This document shows, piece by piece, positions 38,604-57,030 of a DNA stretch of 64,000 nt. Source of the stretch: Paragordius varius (Eukaryota; Animalia; Nematomorpha). The position numbers and the translations under genes are program-made. The stretch lies in the NCBI GenBank assembly GCA_964247055.1, contig OZ176051.1:10106001-10170000 (forward strand). The letters are read 5' to 3'. The notes beneath the pieces were generated by a model. It worked only from the letters and a program-made list of their open reading frames with translations. It made no database searches and had not been told where the DNA came from. Each line of letters begins with the position of its first letter. Positions within the stretch are counted from its first letter, which is position 1.

Positions 38604-40358
38604 TTAAAAGGAGTTTTTAAGGTATAAATTTCTTAGGGAGTCCATATTGGAATAAAATGAATAAATGTATGGTCGCGTGCCCCAATCATCAGATGAGTAT
38701 TTATAGTACTTATTGAGCTCATAATGTTTGACGACAATGGTTCGATTTGGCACTATACCGGTCCAAAAGGCATCTTCATTGGGGAAGGGGTGTGGACAAC
38801 ATTGTTGCGCCTTTTCCACTAAGATACCAGCAAGTTTTGGGCTCATGACATAGCCCATACCACTGCAATAACTGGGATACATTTCATAATCAAACACTGT
38901 CTGATTGACACCATTTTTGTGTCTCAAGTCATGTATGACAGGCATGGTCCACCATTTATTACAATAAAAATAGCGTTGAAATTCCATGAGTTGAGATACG
39001 GGTCGCTCAAAATCGTGAATGTCATGAGTATCATTAACTTTTAATGGGATGTTTTCATGCTTAAGTTCCACCGTAGTCGGGAAGGGTGGAATGGTTGTTA
39101 GAACATCGATTGATGGAACATATGTTTTGGCACGTTTTGATAATCGGTCCTTCTCTTCTAACGTAGATGTAACATTCTCTAGTACACTCATAAGGATATC
39201 TAACCGCGCATAAATATCAATATCCATTTTTAACATAAATTGTGCCTTATCACAGTGTTTGGATGCCCAATGCATAAAACTTCCAGTTTTGTACGATAGA
39301 TTACCATAACTTTCGTAAAACGACGTTTGTACAATGTCTCCATGAATTGCGGATTCTGCATCTATTGCTTTTTGGATTTCGATCTTTTCGCGTTCAAAAT
39401 CTAGCTTTAATCTGGCTTCCTCTTCCGGTGTCATATTTGGTTTCTCAAATTTCGATTTTTTAGGCATATAAATTCCCAACAAAAAGACTGTTTTTACTTT
39501 GCAATACACTGTTTCATTGTGTATGTTAATGAATGTTAAATAGCTCCCAGTATAAGTTGCCGATTGAGAAAACGTTGATTTGAGATGAGCTGCAAACGGG
39601 GAAGCCCATATTTTCCGAACATCTTGTCGCATTTTAAATTCTTTTGGAGATGTCATAAGTCCAATTATGAGTGACATTTGATTACCTTTTCGGGTTTCCA
39701 TGTCGGAGGCGTCCTCGTAATCTGTATCAAAGGGACTCTTAACAAATGGGTTATTCGTTAATTTCCCATCTTCACCCTTTATAATGTCCAAATATTCATC
39801 AAGAATAGATTTTTCATCCTTTATTTCATTTTTCTCTGCCTCTTGAAATTTTTGCATTATTTTATTACCCATTCCAACATCATCCGTATTTGTGTTATTA
39901 TTGTTTATTTCATTTTGGCCAAAATTTGTGGAATGTTTATTAATGTGGTAATCATAGTCATAATTCCAATCAAGTTTTTCACATATACGAGCAGGATTGT
40001 GAATAAAATATGCCCTTGGGATATCAAGTAAACCAAACCTTTGAACACTTTCATCCAGATCGTCGGTGTTTTCATCTAAAAAGACGTAATTAACATTTTG
40101 TTTATACACATTGTTATCATCAATAATTTGATTTTGACTAATATCACTCAAGTTTTTGGGATGGTCTGTGTTATCATAATTGAGTAAACGATTAGCTATT
40201 CGGTATTGGAAAGCCTTTATTTTGGATAAATAATCCGATTCTGTGCTTTGAAGCTGTTCGAATGATGCATTTAAACTGCGATTTCGATAATATAATGAAA
40301 GGTAAATACCTAAGCATATTGCCACCCCGATTCCAGCTATGGCTATGTATCTCTTCAT
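38604..40358 (-). CDS. GT31 beta-1,3-galactosyl/GlcNAc-transferase, single exon, 584 aa
   Basis: N-terminal TM anchor, LIIGLMT..RQDVRKIW, FYESYGNLSYKT, KMDIDIY (DxD), YPSYCSGMGYVMS, EDAFWTG. Confidence 0.9.
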   Translation of the reverse strand: MKRYIAIAGIGVAICLGIYLSLYYRNRSLNASFEQLQSTESDYLSKIKAFQYRIANRLLNYDNTDHPKNLSDISQNQIIDDNNVYKQNVNYVFLDENTDDLDESVQRFGLLDIPRAYFIHNPARICEKLDWNYDYDYHINKHSTNFGQNEINNNNTNTDDVGMGNKIMQKFQEAEKNEIKDEKSILDEYLDIIKGEDGKLTNNPFVKSPFDTDYEDASDMETRKGNQMSLIIGLMTSPKEFKMRQDVRKIWASPFAAHLKSTFSQSATYTGSYLTFINIHNETVYCKVKTVFLLGIYMPKKSKFEKPNMTPEEEARLKLDFEREKIEIQKAIDAESAIHGDIVQTSFYESYGNLSYKTGSFMHWASKHCDKAQFMLKMDIDIYARLDILMSVLENVTSTLEEKDRLSKRAKTYVPSIDVLTTIPPFPTTVELKHENIPLKVNDTHDIHDFERPVSQLMEFQRYFYCNKWWTMPVIHDLRHKNGVNQTVFDYEMYPSYCSGMGYVMSPKLAGILVEKAQQCCPHPFPNEDAFWTGIVPNRTIVVKHYELNKYYKYSSDDWGTRPYIYSFYSNMDSLRNLYLKNSF

Positions 40359-41825
40359 TAAACGTTCTTTACAAAAAACCAGAAAAAAAAATCAATTTAT
40401 CAATCAATATAAAAAATAGTGGCCTAATACCATTTTGTTTATTTTAGTTATAAACACACGTATGTCGGTAGGTTAAAGTTTTTGGGGACCTTACTTTTTT
40501 ACCCCCTTATATATTATATACAATTTTTTATCCTATATCTATATTCGATTATTTGTTCATTTTGTATAATGTATCATTTTATCGAACATGAGAAATAAAC
40601 AATGTAAATATTTGTTTTTCGTACGAATTAACAACCAAATAAGGAAAAGAACATTATTTTTATGAATAAAACCTTAAAGATAAGCGGATAAATTGGAAGA
40701 CCCGACAAATAAATTAGTGCACAATAATTATATAGACTCCCCTCAAAACCCTTATTAAAAGAATAGCGCACGGCTTATTATTCGTATCATGACCCTTATT
40801 GGCAAAATTTGATGAAGGCTTTTTTATATAATAAATGAAAGAGAAATATAAGAAATTACTCACAAATTAGTGAGTTTTTGTATAAACGGACCTGCAAACG
40901 ATTGCTAAAAGCTGATAAAAAAAATCGGAAAACAGTGATAATCTGAAGGAAGTAATAATTCATTTTATTTAATGCTCATTTAGGGCGGCAGAATCAGTAT
41001 ATTAACAAAATTTTACCAATTTTATTATATATTTAATACACGCAAAAGTTGATTAAAATAATTTTTATCTTAAAATATGATCTCGAATAAACATCATGAT
41101 TCTTTGACTTCAATCAATCCTATACTATTCGATCTGATTCGGTCAGATGTTGTTTTTTACCTTAAAATTTAATAACATAAAAACATTTTATTAATTTCCA
41201 AAAAATCATTTTTTCAGTCAGAAAATGCGGGTAAATGTTAAATATAAATATATTTTTCCTTCAATATTCAGGATATTCAATTTAGTTGTAGCGTTTAAAT
41301 TAATTCATCACACAAAAATTTACACTAATCAATAGGTAAAATTTCAATTCGATAGTTATATTTTTTGAATTCATATAATTTTAACAATCACACCAAGATC
41401 AACGATAAAGATTCAATAAAATCATATTTTCATATATTTTTCCTATATTTATTGATTTTTAAATATTATATACATTACACATTCAAACGGTTAGTTTTGC
41501 AATGGAAAAAAGGTATATAGTGACAGTTAAAAATAAAATTGATAAATCATTAATATGAATTTATTGAAGGTGAATGTTGAAAATTTTATATATTTACTAA
41601 AAAACACGACCTAGGGTGGAGCAAAATACATGCATAAGAAATGCTACTATAAAGTTATGTATCAACTAGCTAAATATGATTAGCAGGAACTAAATATTTT
41701 TTGAACATTTTAACAGAATGTATATAGTTGAATGAAAATAGTTAGGTTATTTCTCAATAAAGTTATTGTAGTAATAATGATATTGTGTTTAAATTGGTTA
41801 GGTTTATTAATACATGTCACGTGAG

Positions 41826-47225
<5,400 letters not shown>

Positions 47226-47337
47226 TATTATCAAGTTAGAAAAGAAACGAAGCGATATGAGTCAGTTGGTATTGTGCGTCAATTTTATGTTTGTCCTATT
47301 GAGTTGAGCACATGTAATAGTATATTAATAAATTATT
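47226..47337. promoter_or_regulatory. Compact bidirectional promoter region PSMC5/HACD
   Basis: Only 112 bp between the two inferred divergent ATGs. Confidence 0.6.
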
Positions 47338-49494
47338 ATGAATTTGGAACTAATTAACATTTATTTGTTAATATATAATATTGTTTGTTTATCAGGGTAA
47401 TTAATTGATTGTAATTATAGATGGAGTGCGATTTTTGTTATGATGCTCATAATTCTATGTATAACGCAATCATTCGATGGATTAATTTTTGCGGAAGAAA
47501 CTTTGCTCAAATTGTTTCAATCTTTGGCTGTTTTTGAGGTTTAAGTAGAATTTTTATAAAGATACTAAATATAATTCTGGGCTTTGTCAAATCATCTCTG
47601 ATAACTACTATCCTTCAAGTTTTTAGCAGATTGTTTATTGTATGGGTTACTTTTTATGAACCGTATCATGTAAAATTATTATTTATAATTTAAGGTCGAA
47701 TCCGAATTGGGAATATTTTTAGTTATATTTTCATGGAGCATAACAGAAATGATACGGTATTCTTACTATGCATTAAGTATCATTGATAAAACCAAAATTC
47801 CAAAAGGTTTAATATGGTTGAGGTATTTTTCTAGTATATTTAGGTATACAACATTTATAATATTGTACCCATTGGGAGTCTTGGTAAATTTTTATTTATG
47901 ATAACATGTATTAATGAGTTTGCAACCAGTTACATTAATTAACTCTGCACAAATATTCTTTATTTACAAGTCTTATGTTAAATATAAAGCGCTGTTTAGA
48001 CCCTTTTTAACTTTATATCCAAATGAAATAATAATAGTTTTTATTTATAACCGTAAATTTATAATTAAAAAGTGTTCAAAGCCAACAACAGTTGAGATTG
48101 TTATTTGGAATTAAAATTAATACCAAATTATTGAAAAGGCTTAATGTTGTAAAGATACCAATTATTATACAATGTTAATAATTATAGACGGCCGAATGCA
48201 TTTTTATGGTTTTAACTAAATTAATTTAACCAAATTAAAAAAGTCAAATTTATTGTTTGTTGATATATCCTGCGTTTTTAACAATAAGTTTTATCCGTTT
48301 ATTATTAATTTGGTTTAATTTAATCGATTTTGGTTAATAGTGATTTTACAATTAAACAAGAATATATATTTTAATCAAGGTATCTGTTTGGCAATAGGAT
48401 TTATATTAACCTCTAATTAACATTAATTGTAAATTTGTTACAAATAATCAATTAAATTCGATTACAAAAATAAATACCGTATGCCACATTAATATGGTCA
48501 ACTCACGTTATTGTTGGACAATCGGTAATACAGTAACGTGTGATATAAAACAATTTTTGTCCATAATTATGTAAAATAAAATGTTGCAACATAGTATCAA
48601 ATTGTAATTTAAATTATTTGTTGTTTTTTACCCATACATATCATCATTCTTGATGAGGCTAGTCAATAACGAGTGTCTGATGTATTTTTATCTTTTATTT
48701 ACAATTGTAGGCGTCTTTACGAAACTGTATTACCAGGTGGTCACAGATAATATTAATTCACAATTAATTACTATATATATCGAAATAATCCGTTTTAAAA
48801 AATCAACCTTTATATACGACAAATTGCAATGCATATATAAATATATAAATTTAGGGTGAAATCTTGACAACCAAATCGGTAATGCATTATTTAATTCAAT
48901 GGAAACTGTACACTGTGCAATACAATTCCTATTTCATCTATATAAATATGGCCCATTTCGTTACACTAATCTTTATACCATATTTGATTGGTAATTTTTT
49001 GTTTTGCTTTTTTCATTTTTATTGGCCTAGTTTTGAAATTTATTCTATGATTAAAAAGTTTTACCATTTAATTAACAAACATTTAAATTTAATAATAATT
49101 ATCACCTTTTGACGAATGATAAGATGGCATAAATATACGATATATTACAGACATTTTTTCCTTCTTGGCATTATTTTAATGTATATTGAATTATAAAAAA
49201 AATTTAAATTTATCAAGTGGCATATTAATCTGTTTTGGTTTAATATTTAATTTTTTAATTTAAAAAGACAATGTTGAATTCTAAGGCTCATTTAGTTTGT
49301 TGTGCGCTAGTCCGAATTACAAACCAGTTATATTTTATGCGTTTTTAGGATTTGTATACCTCTACCGCCACATGCTTAGATTGAGAAAAAAAGTATTAGG
49401 TTCAATGAAAAGCGAACGCGTTAAAAAATCTCAAAACATTGATGACAAACAATCTCACACAACTGATGTGCCTACTCATCAAAAATCGAATTAA
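47338..49494 (+). CDS. HACD: Very-long-chain 3-hydroxyacyl-CoA dehydratase (PTPLA/PHS1 family), 7 exons, ~244 aa
   Basis: Exons 47338-47396, 47421-47538, 47562-47669, 47695-47822, 47844-47883, 48855-48990, 49349-49494: YLLIYN..GW, FQSLAVFE, QVFSR, WSITEMIRYSYY, WLRYTTFIILYPLGVLGE, LYRHMLRLRKKVL. Confidence 0.92.
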
Positions 49495-50290
49495 ATTAAA
49501 TCTTTTATTTTTTGAATCATTGTCATTATTTTATTTTTAAATCCAACTTTTTTCACTGCCAAATTTATATATTTATTTGCTCATTTTTGATTGAATAAAA
49601 GAACATACCATATTAATCATTACCTGTGAATTTAGCCAAGAAAACATTTTTAAGCTTTGATAAATAATTAAATATAACAAATTATATTTACAATTTGACC
49701 ATTAATTATGATTCCTTGTGATTTTTGTAAAGTTGGTTACCATTTAATATAATCTTTTGGTTAACTCTACAAAAATAATCAACGCTTTTTAAAATATGCG
49801 TTACGGGTAAAAGAATTTCTTTTACCTTTCATGATGTTAAACAAGCTAGATTATTTGTTTACTCTTTAAACAAACTGTCAAAATTGATTTTTTTTCTTCA
49901 AAACATAATTTAAAAACTATTAACTCATCTGTATATACGACCTCTAAATAAATTGCTTAAGTAAACAAGGGTAAAATCGAATTATTAACACGTATAAATT
50001 CATTATCAGATATTTTATTTTGGGCTATTTGAACATGAATTCTCGCAATATGATAATCAAAATAATATTTTTATGCTTTTGGACTACAGGTTAAATTTAT
50101 TAATATGAGTTTAAGCTTATTTGCAAGAATTGGATATATCCGGATCAGGTTATAATATTAACACCACCCAAGAAAAAGTTTCAAGGACTCATTTTCCAAG
50201 GTATCCAGATAAAAATATTTCTCTTATAAATCCTTCCACATTTTGAATATTTATAGTTTCATACAAATTTTACCATAAATATACTATTTA

Positions 50291-50593
50291 CAGTTCAAAT
50301 TCACCCTTGAACAATTCAAATTCACCCTCGAACAATTATGTGTTTTCAGACTAATATACTCATTATTAATTTGAAATATATCTTTATGGCTTAGTTTTTT
50401 ATTTTTTTAGTATTATTTTAATTTGAAACAAAATTTTTTTCTTTTAACCAATATATAAAAATATAGGTAATTTTTCATTTAAAAAAGCATATCATTTATT
50501 TGAGGGTGAATACGAAATGTTATAGGAGAATTTGAATGGTTCAAGGGTAAATTTGAATTGTTAAGGGTGAATTTAAAGGATGAATTTGAATTG
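50291..50593. mobile_element. Tc1/mariner-like MITE with ~19-bp subterminal tandem repeats
   Basis: TA-CAGTTCAAATTCACCCTTGAACAATTCAAATTCACCC...GGGTGAATTT...GAATTTGAATTG-TA. Confidence 0.7.
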
Positions 50594-50870
50594 TAAATAA
50601 TATATATTAAATATCCAGACCTCTTAATTCATCATTAATTTCTATAAAATTTTTAAAATATTATTTAATTAACGTTTAGACCGAATGTTAAATATAAAAA
50701 TAATGTAAATATTTTAAAATTTTTATAAATTGTGACTTACCAAAGCCAGTTTTATATGGTTACGTATTTAACATATGGGCGTCCCTAACCATATGTAAAA
50801 CGGTCACTAATAGAAATATCTGTAATTATGATTAATATAGTGTCAAAATTTGGGCAAAATTGATTTAAAG

Positions 50871-51058
50871 CAGGGGTCTCCAACGCTGAAGATATCTTCG
50901 CGGGCTGCTTTGATAATTTTGTTTTTTTTATTTATTTTAAGCTCAATTTTGGATGATATATCTTCTAAATAATCGTAAATTTTTGATTGAATTCCAATTT
51001 TTTATTAACATCTTTTACACTTTTGCGCACTCGAAAAAAAGGGTGTTAGAGACCCCTG
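50871..51058. mobile_element. hAT MITE, 188 bp
   Basis: TIR CAGGGGTCTC(C/T)AAC; perfect TSD ATTTAAAG. Confidence 0.85.
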
Positions 51059-51089
51059 ATTTAAAGCACGTTTTTTGCAAGATGGCGTA

Positions 51090-51600
51090 TTAAATGGATA
51101 AAGCCCTACACAGCGGCTAATTTAAAAAACGCTAGTCTATTCCTTTTATGGTAGTAGCTAAAATCATTATTTATCCATGAGTCAGTTGTTTTAAAAACGT
51201 GCCTTACAGATTATTTTTAGATGGTGGCGCATTTTACAGTATGTTGGCCCTATCCAGCCGCAAATTAAAAAAGCACCAAACAAATTCTTTTGATTTTATT
51301 TGTGGATTATCTGAGTTAATATTGATTCTTATACTTTTATTGATTTTACAAATTTCTTTCAAGTCAAATTATATTCCTATGGCAAAGCATTTTGCAGAGC
51401 GGAGCGCATGCCGCTAATGAAATAGAGCGCTCCACATTATCTTTTGCCTTTCTCAAGCCCTTAATGAATCCATATGTCTCAAAAATTAAAAAAATATTTA
51501 AAGAAACATTCTTTAATGTATGATGCAATATAAAGCGGATAGCCTCCTACCCAGCAGCGGATATAAAAAGCGCTTAACTAGCCCTAATGCCTGAAACCAT
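51090..51600 (-). repeat. Inverted dispersed fragments of the 14.2-15.8 kb tandem unit
   Basis: Reverse complements of ctgctgggtaggaggctatccgc, aaaatgcgccaccat and gcgttttttaaattagccg. Confidence 0.55.
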
Positions 51601-52763
51601 TATTGATTTTATATAATCTAATAACTTGGGTGAAAAAGTCAGAACTTTATTTTTGGGAACAGTTACGCAATATGGCAACAGGTAGATGGGTAAATAAGAG
51701 GGGCTAATTCTAATAAGTTAGCCGACTATACTCGGATGTTCGTAAAAATTAAATAAATTATTATTGACATCGAATGGTTGTGCACGTCGTCCGGAAAGTT
51801 TTTCAACACGATATTGGCAACTTGCTGTTAACCCCTATTCTCACACGGGGTGACGCTTAACTGAGAACTTGAAGATAGGTGACTGCAGTTGGGGCATATA
51901 TAAATGATTTTTTACTATTTGTTTCAATTTATATCCGTGTGTAAAATCATTTAATACAAACAATGACTGCATTTTAGAGGTCGGCGCATATATAGCCATC
52001 ATGTCAATTAAAGACTTTTAAATAATAAATGTTAAAATCTAATAAACATCTATAAATTTAAAAAAATATATATTACCAATCAATTTTAGTGTTAAATTTT
52101 TTTACAAATGGCAGAAGATAAATTTAAAAATTAGCATTGTGAATTCAAAAAATACTATAACTTCTTTCTTATCATAATATAAGGGCAACGCCAAACTAAT
52201 TTGTGGATTTTAAATGAGTCCATTTTAAAATATATTTTATGTCTATGCTATAATTTTTTAAAACAAAAAAATGCGTTAATTTTATTTTTTGATGATTAAC
52301 TTTTTTGAAGTGAAAAAAAATATTTTTTGATTTTATAAAAAAATCTTTTTATACCTATTGTTTAATTTATGTCGTAATTTGTTTAGCTAGCTGATAATTC
52401 TAAATATAATTCTTTTAATAGATCTTTTCTTAACCCAAAATATGTGGAAGTAAATACATTACGTGAAAACAACATACAGAGAATGGCCAAAAAAGTCGCC
52501 TATATGATAGAAGTTTTAACTTTACTGAAGCAAAATAATTTGTCGGATAGTGTTATTGTTAATGTAAGGAAAATTGTTCATATATTTTAACATATAAAAT
52601 TGAAATATACGGACAAAATGTAAAAAGATTAAGACAAATATTTTTCCAAAAACAACCAATCATATTTTTTAAAATTGATATTTTAATACTATAACTAATC
52701 GTTTTTGGTTAGCCGATAAAGGAAAAATAATTTTTATATTTGAAAATTGAAAATATAGTTTAC

Positions 52764-53039
52764 CAGGTGTGTCCAACACGCGAACCGCAAAAAATTTGGA
52801 AATTAATAATTTGCAAAAATCCGCTCCACAAAATAGCAAAATTGATATTTCTAAAAAATTCTAAATAAGTTTCTCCAATTCGCAAGAACTAGAAAAAAAT
52901 GTTTTAATATGTGTGCAATTACAGTTATGTTAAATTTAATAAAATATATATTAATGCCGACATATATATTTCGGATGCGGCCCGCCGTTTTATGAGTCAA
53001 AAATACGGACCACAAAGCCATTTGTGTTGGACACCCCTG
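52764..53039. mobile_element. hAT MITE, 276 bp
   Basis: TIR CAGG(T/G)GTGTCCAACAC; TSD TAGTTTAC/TAGTTGAC. Confidence 0.75.
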
Positions 53040-53189
53040 TAGTTGACGTATTTTAACATAAATTATAATAATTATAAATTGTTTTCTAGAATAAATCAAG
53101 GTTTGAAAATGTATGGCTGTTTTTTGAAAATATTAGTCTTTATTTTTTACATTTGTATTTATTTATATATACAAATATATATAATTCAG

Positions 53190-56100
53190 TTGATGTATGT
53201 ATTGTTGCCCAACGAAAATATAACTCATGTGTGTGGCTTTAATACATCATCTGGACTACAAAGACAGAATGAACATATTAGAATCAATTATCTTTGCTTA
53301 GATCTCCAAAAGTATTTCAACATACCCAATGTAAAAAAGGTATTTTTAATAAATCGATTACAATAAAAATTAAAATAAATTGGTTAGAAATACGAATATT
53401 TAGAATTTTCCAACTATTATAAACACAAGTTTAATTTTTGACTTAAAACCGCATATACAATATGAATTTTTATAAATTACCATTGATTTTTATTCAAAAA
53501 ATCTGTTTGTATTTTAGTACTTTAAAGATATTGAAGATAAAATAGTCATCCTTAGATATTTTCTCTTTCACTATTATCTTTTATGTGCAAAATTTTGGCC
53601 ATTTTGATTAAATCAAAATTTTATAACTAAATAAAAACAGCTGACTTCTTAAAATCAGTTTAATGTATTTTCCGTATATCCACCGGTACCCTCAATTTTT
53701 TTCGGATTCGAAAGCTGATAATGTTCTAAAAATGGGAAAATTAGAAAAACAACCTTTTGAACCTATTTGCACACTATATATATACCAAAAGAACGTAATA
53801 TGTAAAAGGAATTTTCATCCACTATTAAACATTGTACAACGCGTAAAAAGTTTTAATCGTCGAAATTTTATAGTCAGAAGTTTATGTCAAGTCACATGTA
53901 TATTATATTAGATAATATTTTGAATAATGACATTCGTTTTAAAATGAGTGTAGCTATTATGGTAGACCAATTTTAGAGATATTATATACAGCAAGTTTAG
54001 ATGGTACCATTCTTTAAATCATAAACAGTCTAACCTTAATTGGGACTCTAACCCAGAATAAAACTTCAACTCAACTTTGGCCACAAGATTCCAAAGATGA
54101 ACTATCCCAAATTATCAGCGGCTCCAATGCCTACCAATTTGTCATCGTCCCATGGCGAATTGTCTCGTCAAATTCGGGTTGAATTTACTGTGGTCGATTT
54201 GGGGTGGCTGACATGCATAGATATAGAACAATCCTAAATAATAACCATAGTAATTTAGGTGCTCACCCAAACAATCTAAATGAATACAAAAGTTTTATAT
54301 TGGTGGCAAATATGCTTTTTTTAACAAATATTTACTACAAGCTGTATTTTTTTCATCTTTGCATCATAGGAAGATGATATCCACCTTTAAAAAGTCCACT
54401 TTCTTACGGATAATCTTTAAAATAAATATAAAAGCATTTCCACCATAAAATAGAAATTGTTTAAGTTTGCGATATGATTTCTCCTAAAGAAGTAGAGTTA
54501 ATTAATTAATATTATGAATGTTAAAATCGAATCACTCTAATATAGATCTAAAACTAGCTATATCATAGTCCTTCAGGTCTGGTTGGTGGAAGAATAATAA
54601 ATTTTTGATAGTAATATAATTTAAGTTTATAAAAATGATACTTTTGAACAGTGTTCATTTTTATATCATATAAACTTTTCATTTTGAGAAAAGCTTGTAA
54701 TCCACCAAAACTCATCATCAGTAACTTTGGATCAGATTTCAGCACACAACAAAACCACTATCATATTGGATCTTGAATATGTGATAAACTTTTTAAAAGT
54801 ATGCATATATACATATATATATATATATATATTTTATATATATATATATATATAAAACATAATTTTTTTAATAATTATAAAATTGCTTAGAATGGTAAAA
54901 TACCCATTCCCATTGATCTAAGTCTCAACCGAACGTCATCTCTGGTAAAAACATTAAAAATGATGATTAATGAAAATATCAAATTAAAAAACGATAGAGT
55001 AATCCATAAAAAAGTATTTCGTGTGCGTCGGAATTATAATCATTATCCCAAGTTAGATGATGGACGAGGTTTAAAATATAATTTATAGTCTAATTATTTT
55101 ATTTGTTAAAAAATTTATATCAAGTTTTCCAATTTAAGTTATTATTTAGTACCAATTTATTTAGTGAATCTCTCTAACTCGTAAAAAAATGTATTACATA
55201 CAGATTCGAAAACATTTTTTAAGATATTTTGGTGTTTTTATCAAGTAGTTTTATAAATATTTGATGTATATTATTAGCTGTGATATTACCATATAAAATG
55301 TGTGGATATTATAATTCCTCCTATGAAGTTTACGATTTGGCATACACAAGACCTTATCAGCCGGTAATTGTAATAAAGTAAGTGATATTTTTTAATCTAT
55401 TTTAAAGCGAGTTAGATGTCTGATGATTCGAATATTTGATTTGCATTAGGAATTTACTAATAAAGTATGATACTTATTTGGAGGCTCAATTCGAAGGTTA
55501 CTATACACCCCCGGATAATGTTACTGGCAAAGATTCAAATAAAACATCCATAAAACCATTTTTAGATTCTGACATCCACAATATAAAACAATTAATTAAT
55601 ATCTCAAAACTCACCAATCACACCGTAAATCAATCAAAATTCAATGTTTTCTCAAATATGGTAAAAATTTACCATATATCTAATCATTTCAAAACAAGTT
55701 TTCATTGTTATTAATTTTCTTACGATTCCACCTAACTGTTCGCTAAAAATCGGTCTCGTGTCAAGCATTTCCAAATAATTATTCTAAAAGAGAATGATTC
55801 GGCCCGGCATAAATATTTTCTCCGTTATTTTTTTCAATAGCCACATTTATTACGTGAAAGAATAGTATAGATTTAAAAAAATCGATTAAATGTAATTTTT
55901 CCCTAAAAAATCTAAAAAGAAATTAAACAGAAAGATTTTACTGTATAAGTTTAACATATTACACAATTAAAAAATTTAAATTATTAGGAAGCGCGGTTAT
56001 ATTTTAAGAAAACGATCTGACCGTTTTTGGAAAATATTTTGGTTTAAAACGTTCAGGAAATAACTACGATTATGTTTCCATTCTTTAAAAAAACGGGTCG

Positions 56101-57030
56101 GAAACACATAAATACTAAAAAATAAAAAAGTCCTTTTTGTTTTTGAAAAATACATGATTAAAAATTACATATAATCATTTAAAACTGAGCCAGTATGGGT
56201 ATATCAGTGTTAACGGGATAAAAGATAGTTCAACAATTATTCATTAATAAACTCAACTGTATTTCACTCATTACGACAAAATTATTCAACATGATTTTGT
56301 ATAGTTGTCCCATCTTTTAATGTTTACGCAAATCTAAGTATAAACAACGCTTTTGTAGTACATTTTTTACAGAGATTTTTAAACCGCCATAAATTAAGCT
56401 AAAACATAACCTTTTTCTTAGTGTAAAGATTAAAGGCCTTTAGATATAAAATTCAAACTTTTACCAGTTTGCTAATAGCCCAAAATATTTAATTTATATT
56501 TTATTTTAGCATAACTACTAATATGAAATTTATTTTAGATTTATCAAAAAATATATTTTTATTTAATAGTCTCATCTATTACTAAACTTTGGGGAACCAA
56601 ATGCAAGCTGCAAAATTACTCTGCTAAATTTAACAAATGGTATAGATGTGATTGATGAAATATCCGCCCAGGTACTAAGATCCACTTGTATAAAGCAAAA
56701 ATATAATCATGGCTCAAAGATTTTTTATTGGCGCAAAATAAGACAAACTATCAAAATTATAAGCCAAATAAAAAACTTTTTTGAGCTGATAAAATAATTT
56801 TTTATAATAAATTCCTTACTTTTTTATATGTTTAGTCAATGGTAATAACATTAGTTCAATTAGAAGGTATACAAATAACTTCGAGAAATAATGAAAGTTT
56901 GTTTGAGCCAAAGTTTTATAATGGAACTCTTTTGACTGAAATCGAATGCACGAACGTTACCCTAAAAAGCGTGCCAACTACATCAGTTGGACCAGATATA
57001 CTAGTTTCCAAATATTTAACTTCATGTTAA
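53190..57030 (+). CDS. Putative multi-exon gene for an N-glycosylation-rich extracellular protein, family not recognised
   Basis: Phase-compatible GT-AG exons near 53190-53311, 54029-54177, ~54690-54800, ~54890-55068, ~55278-55378, ~55450-55660, ~56570-56670, ~56836-57030; over a dozen NxS/T sequons. Confidence 0.45.

Noticed and set aside
38604-40358. Intronless glycosyltransferase as a retrogene or horizontal transfer
   Set aside because: GT31 B3GALT-type genes are commonly single-exon in animals, and composition matches the host
51750-51900. GC-richer island, possible ncRNA or exon
   Set aside because: No recognisable RNA motif or consistent open frame with splice sites
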